From positions 46,032-97,535 of the forward strand of contig MU619358.1 of NCBI GenBank assembly GCA_025201805.1: 51,504 nt of DNA, read 5' to 3'. Shown in pieces: positions 48,518 through 51,504 of this stretch (position 1 is the stretch's first letter; the number at the start of each line of letters is the position of its first letter). The position numbers and the translations under genes are program-made. The notes below the pieces were generated by a model. That model saw only the letters and a program-made list of their open reading frames with translations. It ran no database searches and was not told the DNA's origin. The stretch comes from Parasitella parasitica NRRL 2501 (lineage: Eukaryota > Fungi > Mucoromycota).

Positions 48518-50333
48518 TTAATAAGTATAAATTGATTTGTTTGAAATCCATTTATCAAACATGGCTAACGAAGTTTTAGGCTGATAATAGGGTACCTCAT
48601 GGCCAGCCTCGTATACGCGAATGAAAGTTAATAGGCTTGTGCTTTGGAATTGCCCAACTTCCTTGCCTTGGAATACCCAAGGTCTCAGTGCTTGGTTGTT
48701 AAATTCAACACTGCCATTGAATTTCAAATCAGTTGTGAGCGCATAATTCCCATACTACAGATTTAATCATTAGTATCTTGCACATTTTCCAATCAATTAC
48801 CTACCCAATTGCACAAATAATCTGCATCGCCAACGTAATTTAATACTCGGATACCATGATTTAGCAATGAGCTCAGGTATGGTGCAGAATTGCGCATTCT
48901 AAACAGAGCGTGTTAGACTTGATTCAAAGTAGAAACACTAGGAAATACCCTTCTCCGGCTTCAATCATGGCGATATACTAGCTCGTGAATCAGTAAAAGT
49001 ACTCTAGCTGTAAAGTGAAATAGCTTACAGGAGTATCGGCGCATTCTTGGTATTTCATACGATCAACACCAATTGCTTGTTGAAGGTCAGGGTGGTCTAG
49101 CAGCCGTATAAAATCATCGGGAGGTGTTGTCACTGTACTTGACTGTCTCACATCGTAGACATTTCGTCCTGACAAATAAAAGAGGCCATCGACATTTGCA
49201 TTACAGTAGTTGTCAGCGGCAATACAGTCTCGACGGCTACTAGAAGCATAACAACCTTCGACTACAAAAAAAGGGTAAATATGTTGCATATAAATCATTG
49301 AGCTATGACATTACTTAGCTTGGAACAGTGTTTATAGTTCTCCTTCATTCGATGGCAAATATGTTCAGGCAAAAGTTGACCGTCTGATCGATATACAACG
49401 TAAATCAAAAGAATAATAGTGGTCAAATTTAGCTACATACAATTAGATTCGCACGCCATTTGAGCAGAATATTTTAGTTGAATCAAAGGGTTGATCCAGC
49501 CGTTCCCAATTCCGACTGATTTAATAGGAATGAATCGGGTTGGTGTTTTCAAATTTCTCTGTAAAATGTAATCTGCATAAATAGGAATATAGCGACCAGC
49601 AAATGATTCCCCAAACAAGTGAAAGGGCAATTGGCTGTATTTTGGAAAGGCTTCATAAAATAGTTGTATGGCATCGTAGAACGCAACGGCACTCGATTCC
49701 ACGTTTGTTTCAAGCCTTGATCCGTAAGAGTAACCGACACCACTTGGCTTGATAAGATGTTAATACAGTAATAGAATATTGTAGAAATATATTTTTTTTT
49801 ATATACTTGATCTATGAACAGCATGTTGGAATATCTTGTCCACGTATACGGATTGTACGCAATCTCTGTTCCATTGCCTTGACTTCGGCAGGGCCCGTTT
49901 TCCTGCCACAGTCCACTATGTATTACAAAAATTTTGAGAGTTATACATCGATAAAGTACGCATTGAAGTTTTTTAATATATAGAAACATACATCATGCTT
50001 GAACAACCAGGGCCGCCGTTCAACCAAACAGTTAATGGTTTTTCCTCTGGCTTGCTTTTACTTTCGAAAAACCAGAAAAAGTATTTTTCTGATCCCATTT
50101 CCAAATAACCCGAATGCTATGGTAAAATCAATCAACTGGCTTGGACATGACTGAAATCATTTGTCTACCTGTGTCACATTTGGGTCGCATAATTGAGGGT
50201 TTACGAAACGAACACTATAGTTCAAATTCAGAGCACTAGTAAAGCGCTCATGAGTAATTTCATTTTTTAAGTTAGTGATAGGTGAGCTTGCTACAGCTAC
50301 TGTAAAAAATGCCAGTATGCATGTTGTAAGCAT
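48518..50333 (-). CDS. Secreted/vacuolar serine carboxypeptidase, family S10, multi-exon
   Basis: Signal peptide, [30 protein letters not shown], catalytic [22 protein letters not shown] and [10 protein letters not shown]. Confidence 0.93.
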
Positions 50334-51204
50334 TTTTTTTTTTTTTTTTTAAAAAAAACACGGAGAGCTTATAAATAAAAAATAAAAAAATACACAAAAT
50401 ACACAAAATTCTTCAATAAAGTGTCGCATTTATATCAAGCATATATTACCGAGAAGTGAATAAAATAATAATTTGCGATTATATAGTATTTATGGAAAAA
50501 TCTCCTTGCATAAATATATCTTGTTCATAAAAAATAAAAGAAATCGTACTGTATAAAGCCATTAGTTTGTCATGAAATTGCATGAGGTACCATCAATTCA
50601 TTAATAAGAATTAATAGGACATTTACTGTGATTTTCCAAGTGATGTGTTACTCAAATTGATCTCAATTACAAATATTTGTCATATCTCAACAATATCAAT
50701 GTGTGTTTACTGCTGCAATAAAATATTACCTTTTATTGTCATATCATTACTAACTAAATCGAATTCTACAATAATTGATTAACTCTCACTAAAATCCAAG
50801 CACAAAATGTCAAGCTATATATTATTAAAGTATCTGCTCATAAAAGTTGCTGGCGCATTCATTCGAAATAAAAAATAACTACGAGCATCTCTTGAAATCC
50901 ATAAAAACCTCGGTTGCTCTCAAGACAGAAATGCTGAATAGTACGTCAAAACAATCCAAAATCAACTCGATTATTACATCCAAATCTCAACTGTTATCAT
51001 ATAATGTGAAGACAAAATGTGACTAATAGAAGTTCCTCTTTCAAAATGAAAAAGTGGGCATAACCACTAATAATTAAACTATTATCATACTATTAAAATA
51101 TTTTTCTCCTCAAAGCTATAATTTCTCCACAGTTCTTGAATATGTATCTATTACTGCTTCTTTTAACTTTTAAACACAGACATAACACGTGATTCAATAT
51201 TTCA

Positions 51205-51504
51205 AACTCCGACACCAAAATTTTCAAATTGTTTTTTGCAGATAACTTTTGATAGAGGCATTGCCCAGTGGAACCCAAGTTATGCTCAGATAGCGATGAT
51301 CATGCCTGATCTTATGGCGCATAAGACAGTGTTTATTTTGCTGTTTATCGAAGCCTATGATGGATTATATGCAATTCTGATATGTAAATTTGTGATATCA
51401 TGTGATAACTTTATGGTTAGTAATAAAAACATGGAAGCCAACGTTGTTGCCAGATAGAGGTGAGTCAACGCCAAGTTTTCCAAGTTAGATCATGGTTCTA
51501 CGGT
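51205..51504 (-). repeat. Inverted near-identical copy of 2599-2900, truncated by the window end
   Basis: Direct reverse-complement match. The same translation LQITFDRGIAQWNPSYAQIAMIM appears in both ORF-track entries. Confidence 0.95.

Overview
AT-rich, intron-containing fungal genomic DNA. Short GT-AG introns, gene content and transposon types point to Mucorales/Mucoraceae (inference). There are several N-gaps. Two gene-dense blocks are present. The block at about 4.5-18 kb holds SDH8, SPO7, a LEA-like protein, a PDCD2L/TSR4-like gene, ODC, COQ1 and a Kelch membrane protein. The block at about 31-50 kb holds UGO1, a hydrophilin, a FAR-acyltransferase fusion, EAF6, an ACOT13-like gene, a Whi5-like gene, AP-1 gamma adaptin and an S10 carboxypeptidase. 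Between them is a repeat/transposon-rich block containing a 95-bp-TIR element, a LINE fragment with a 16-bp TSD inside a REase-like pseudogene, and a Tc1/IS630 remnant. Most notable: (1) a signal-peptide Kelch propeller fused to a two-TM module with DEG/ENaC/ASIC-like (or PAC-like) motifs; (2) an AUG-less uORF ending GFPPWLS* in the AUG-free ODC leader, with a hairpin 15 nt after a well-placed AUA; (3) a FARAT-like fusion whose acyltransferase HxxxxD His is replaced by Ser; (4) a decayed Fanzor/TnpB-like gene with a structured 3' end; (5) a GTCATGATGAT motif shared by both LEA/hydrophilin promoters. All family assignments come from motif recognition by eye. No searches were run, and exon boundaries are approximate unless stated.
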